The notes below the pieces were generated by a model. It saw nothing but the letters and a program-made list of their open reading frames with translations. It was not told the origin of the DNA and did not search any database. A DNA stretch of 64,000 bases, taken from Burkholderiales bacterium. Lineage in GTDB: Bacteria > Pseudomonadota > Gammaproteobacteria > Burkholderiales > SG8-39. The position numbers and the translations under genes were made by a program. Numbering within the stretch: the first letter of the stretch is position 1; the number at the start of each line of letters is the position of its first letter. This document shows positions 61,032 through 64,000 of this stretch, piece by piece. The stretch lies in contig DASWEU010000121.1 of the NCBI GenBank assembly GCA_036394595.1, positions 3,242-67,241 on the forward strand, in the 5' to 3' direction.

Positions 61032-62717
61032 ATGCAACAAAACACCCCCGAGCAACTGCTGGCCGCAATCACCCGGGCTGGTAACGACGTCACCCAGGGA
61101 TGGATGCGCCTGATGGCGGCCGCACCAGACCTGCAGCGCACCTCGCAGCGCTACGCCGAGTTGCACGCGGCCTACGCCGAAACGCAAGCGAGGCTCTGGG
61201 CGGCGATGCTCGCCGGAGACAAGACTTCCGTGGTCGAGCCCGCGGTCGCGGACCGGCGCTTTTCCTCGCGCGAATGGAGCGACAACCCCTACTTCGACTA
61301 CCTGCGGCAGTCCTACCTGCTCGCCTCGCGCCACGTCGAGGCGCTGCTGGAGAGCGCCGAGCTCGCGCCGGCGGAGAAGGAGCGCGCGCGCTTCGCGGCG
61401 CGCCAGTGGATCGACGCCATGTCGCCGGCGAATTTCGCCGCCACCAACCCGGCGGCGTTGCGCCAGGCGCTCGAGACGCAGGGCGAAAGCCTGACGCGCG
61501 GCCTCGCCAACCTGCTCGGCGACGCGCAGAAAGGCCGCCTCAGCCAATCGGACGAATCGGCTTTCGAGCTCGGCCGCAATCTCGGCGTCACGCCGGGCGA
61601 GGTCGTGTACGAGAACGATCTGATCCAGTTGATCCAGTACCGGCCCTCGACGCCGCGCGTCGCGTCGCGGCCGCTGGTGATCGTGCCGCCTTGCATTAAC
61701 AAGTTCTACGTCCTCGACCTGCAGCCGGAGAATTCCTTCGCGCGCTATGCGGTCGAGCGCGGGCACACCGTGTTCATGGTCTCCTGGCGCAATGTCGGCG
61801 CGGAGCAGGGCCATCTCGGCTGGGACGATTACCTCGAAGAGGGGGTCCTCAAAGCATTGGAAATTTCGCGGGAGATTACCGGTGCCGACCGCGTAAACGC
61901 CCTCGGCTTCTGCGTCGGCGGCACGCTGCTCGGCGCGGCGCTGGCGGTACTTTCACACCGCAATCATTCTTTTGTCTCCAGCGCGACATTCCTCGCGACC
62001 ATGCTCGACTTCTCCGACACCGGCGCCATCGGCTTGTTCGTCGACGAGGCCTCGGTCGCCGCGCGCGAGGCCGCCATCGGCCGCGCCGGCATCTTTCCCG
62101 GCTCCGACCTCGCCTTCGTCTTTTCCAGCCTGCGCGCCAACGACCTGATCTGGCCCTACGTGGTCAACAACTACCTGCTCGGCGAGGCGCCCGGCGCCTT
62201 CGACATCCTCTACTGGAATGCGGACAGCACCAACCTGCCGGGACCGATGTACTGCTACTACCTGCGCCACACCTATCTCGAAAACCGGCTGCGCGAGCCC
62301 GGCGCGCTGGTGAACTGCGGCGCGCCGGTCGACCTCGGCAGCATCGAGGCGCCGGTGTTCGTGCTTGCCACGCGCGAGGACCACATCGTGCCCTGGCGCT
62401 CGGCCTACCGGACACTGGGCCTGGTCGGCTCGCGCAGCAAGACCTTCGTGCTCGGCGCGAGCGGGCACATTGCCGGCGTGGTGAATCCTGCTTCCAAGAA
62501 TAAGCGCAGTTTCTGGGTCAATCAGGACTCTTTTTCCTCAGGGGATGATTGGCTTGAAAAAGCGACTGAACACCGCGGCAGCTGGTGGCCGGTGTGGGCC
62601 GACTGGCTCGCGCAGCACGCTGGCGCAGAGCGCGACGCGCCTTCAACGCCTGGCAATCGCCGGTACGCAGCCATCGAAGCGGCGCCCGGCCGCTACGTCA
62701 AAGAACGAATCCACTAG
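61032..62717 (+). CDS. phaC: Class I poly(3-hydroxyalkanoate) synthase
   Basis: 561 aa from ATG 61032. DRRFSSREW, PPCINKFYVLDL, lipase-box GFCVGG, YWNADSTNLPG, GHIAGVVNP. Confidence 0.92.
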   Translation: MQQNTPEQLLAAITRAGNDVTQGWMRLMAAAPDLQRTSQRYAELHAAYAETQARLWAAMLAGDKTSVVEPAVADRRFSSREWSDNPYFDYLRQSYLLASRHVEALLESAELAPAEKERARFAARQWIDAMSPANFAATNPAALRQALETQGESLTRGLANLLGDAQKGRLSQSDESAFELGRNLGVTPGEVVYENDLIQLIQYRPSTPRVASRPLVIVPPCINKFYVLDLQPENSFARYAVERGHTVFMVSWRNVGAEQGHLGWDDYLEEGVLKALEISREITGADRVNALGFCVGGTLLGAALAVLSHRNHSFVSSATFLATMLDFSDTGAIGLFVDEASVAAREAAIGRAGIFPGSDLAFVFSSLRANDLIWPYVVNNYLLGEAPGAFDILYWNADSTNLPGPMYCYYLRHTYLENRLREPGALVNCGAPVDLGSIEAPVFVLATREDHIVPWRSAYRTLGLVGSRSKTFVLGASGHIAGVVNPASKNKRSFWVNQDSFSSGDDWLEKATEHRGSWWPVWADWLAQHAGAERDAPSTPGNRRYAAIEAAPGRYVKERIH

Positions 62718-62726
62718 GAGAAAGTC

Positions 62727-63902
62727 ATGGAAGATATTTTCATCGTCGGAGCGGTGCGCACCCCGATCGGCAAGTTCGGCGGCACGCTCGCGAAGACGCC
62801 CGCCCAGGAGCTCGGCGCGCTGGTGATCCGCAGGGTACTCGAGCGGGCCGGCGTCGCCCCCGAGCAGGTCTCGGAAGTGATCTTCGGCCAGGTGCTGGCC
62901 GCGGGCAGCGGGCAGAACCCGGCGCGCCAGGCGGCGATCAAGGCGGGATTGCCCGACATGATCCCGGCCATGACCATCAACAAGGTGTGCGGCTCCGGCC
63001 TCAAGGCGGCGATGCTTGGCGCGCAATCGATCGCCCACGGCGACGCCGATATCGTGGTGGCCGGCGGGCAGGAATCGATGAGCCTCTCGCCGCACGCGCT
63101 GATGGGCTCGCGCGACGGCTTTCGCATGGGCGACGCCAAGCTGGTCGACACCATGATCATCGACGGCCTGTGGGACGTCTACAACCAGTACCACATGGGC
63201 GTGACGGCGGAAAACGTGGCCAAGGAATACGCCGTGACACGCGACGAGCAGGACGCGTTCGCGGTGGCGAGCCAGAACAAGACCGAAGCGGCGCAGAAGG
63301 CGGGCCGCTTCAAGGACGAGATCGTCACCGTCGAGATCGCCTCGCGCAAGGGACCGGTGATGTTCGCCGACGACGAGTTTCCGCGCCATGGCACGACGCT
63401 CGAGGCGATGCAGGGCCTCAAGCCCGCCTTCGACAAGAACGGCACGGTCACGGCGGGCAACGCGTCGGGAATCAATGACGGCGCCGCTGCCGTTGTTCTT
63501 GCCTCCACAAAAAAGGTCAAGGAGTTGGGTTTGAAGCCGATCGCGCGCATCAAGGCCTTCGCTTCCGCCGGGGTCGATCCGAAGTACATGGGGATGGGGC
63601 CGGTGCCGGCCTCCAAGCGTTGCCTCGCCCGCGCCGGCTGGGAGCCTAAGGACCTCGACCTGCTGGAGATCAACGAAGCCTTCGCCGCGCAGGCGATCGC
63701 GGTGAACCGCCAGATGGGCTGGGATACGAAAAAGGTCAACGTCAACGGCGGCGCGATCGCGCTCGGCCATCCGATCGGCGCCTCGGGCTGCCGCATCCTG
63801 GTCACGCTGCTGCATGAAATGCAGAAGCGCGACGCCAGGAAGGGCCTGGCGTCGCTGTGCATCGGCGGCGGCATGGGCGTGGCGCTGGCGGTGGAACGAT
63901 GA
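62727..63902 (+). CDS. phaA: Acetyl-CoA acetyltransferase (beta-ketothiolase)
   Basis: 391 aa. VGAVRTPIGKFGG, active-site NKVCGSGLKA, NVNGGAIALGHPIGASG, CIGGGMG. Confidence 0.93.
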   Translation: MEDIFIVGAVRTPIGKFGGTLAKTPAQELGALVIRRVLERAGVAPEQVSEVIFGQVLAAGSGQNPARQAAIKAGLPDMIPAMTINKVCGSGLKAAMLGAQSIAHGDADIVVAGGQESMSLSPHALMGSRDGFRMGDAKLVDTMIIDGLWDVYNQYHMGVTAENVAKEYAVTRDEQDAFAVASQNKTEAAQKAGRFKDEIVTVEIASRKGPVMFADDEFPRHGTTLEAMQGLKPAFDKNGTVTAGNASGINDGAAAVVLASTKKVKELGLKPIARIKAFASAGVDPKYMGMGPVPASKRCLARAGWEPKDLDLLEINEAFAAQAIAVNRQMGWDTKKVNVNGGAIALGHPIGASGCRILVTLLHEMQKRDARKGLASLCIGGGMGVALAVER

Positions 63903-64000
63903 GCGCGGTGATCGAAAAACAGAAAAGCGCCGGGACGACGGAGCGGAAGGCGGCGACGCGCATCGCTTTCGTCTCCGGCGGCATGGGCGGCATCGGCACG
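63899..64000 (+). CDS. phaB: Acetoacetyl-CoA reductase, N-terminal fragment (cut by window end)
   Basis: ATG 63899 (ATGA overlap with the phaA stop). ...RIAFVSGGMGGIGT is the PhaB/SDR cofactor motif, preceded by a ~19-aa N-terminal extension. Position after phaC-phaA. Confidence 0.75.
   Translation, partial: MSAVIEKQKSAGTTERKAATRIAFVSGGMGGIGT

Overview
High-GC, very tightly packed chromosomal segment. Gene content and synteny look betaproteobacterial (Rhodocyclales-like), but that is inference from gene order, not a search. I support about 63 protein-coding genes, one RNase P RNA (rnpB, minus strand, about 29100-29447) and one tRNA-Ser(CGA) directly after serS. Most genes are housekeeping. 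Recognisable blocks:
- hyi-glcD-glcE-[antisense small gene]-glcF, followed by a molybdopterin oxidoreductase, a minimal GGDEF protein and an ABC exporter
- pntAB
- a CPA2 antiporter coupled to ybdK
- a TRAP transporter plus amidase
- pyrC, DUF3025, rnpB
- rsmI / yraN, SIS protein, BON lipoprotein, hldC
- rhlE-like helicase
- glnB
- trxB-[Crp-like]-ftsK-lolA-rarA-serS-tRNA-Ser
- a signalling block next to the tRNA (NarL-type RR, PAS histidine kinase, REC-PAS-PAS-GAF-GGDEF*-EAL)
- an orphan CoxL-like Mo-hydroxylase with a TonB paralog and a very short secretin-like protein
- yoaA, bamD / rluD-pgeF, a ZIP transporter, phaC-phaA-phaB (phaB cut by the window end)
I found no CRISPR array, IS element, integrase, prophage gene or recognisable defence system. 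Many long ORFs in the track are antisense or off-frame shadows typical of high-GC DNA and are rejected. One real gene, a HupE/UreJ-like protein at 1-838 on the minus strand, is missing from the track because it runs off the window edge. No finding amounts to a clearly novel system. The candidates I rank highest:
- the CoxL / TonB / mini-secretin trio
- the glcF-MopB-GGDEF(GADEF)-ABC coupling
- the tRNA-Ser-adjacent signalling block, which looks lower in GC
- a DEAD-box helicase whose conserved N-terminus lies upstream of any canonical start codon
- a set of probable leaderless genes
All functional calls come from motif recognition by eye. No database search or computation was run.
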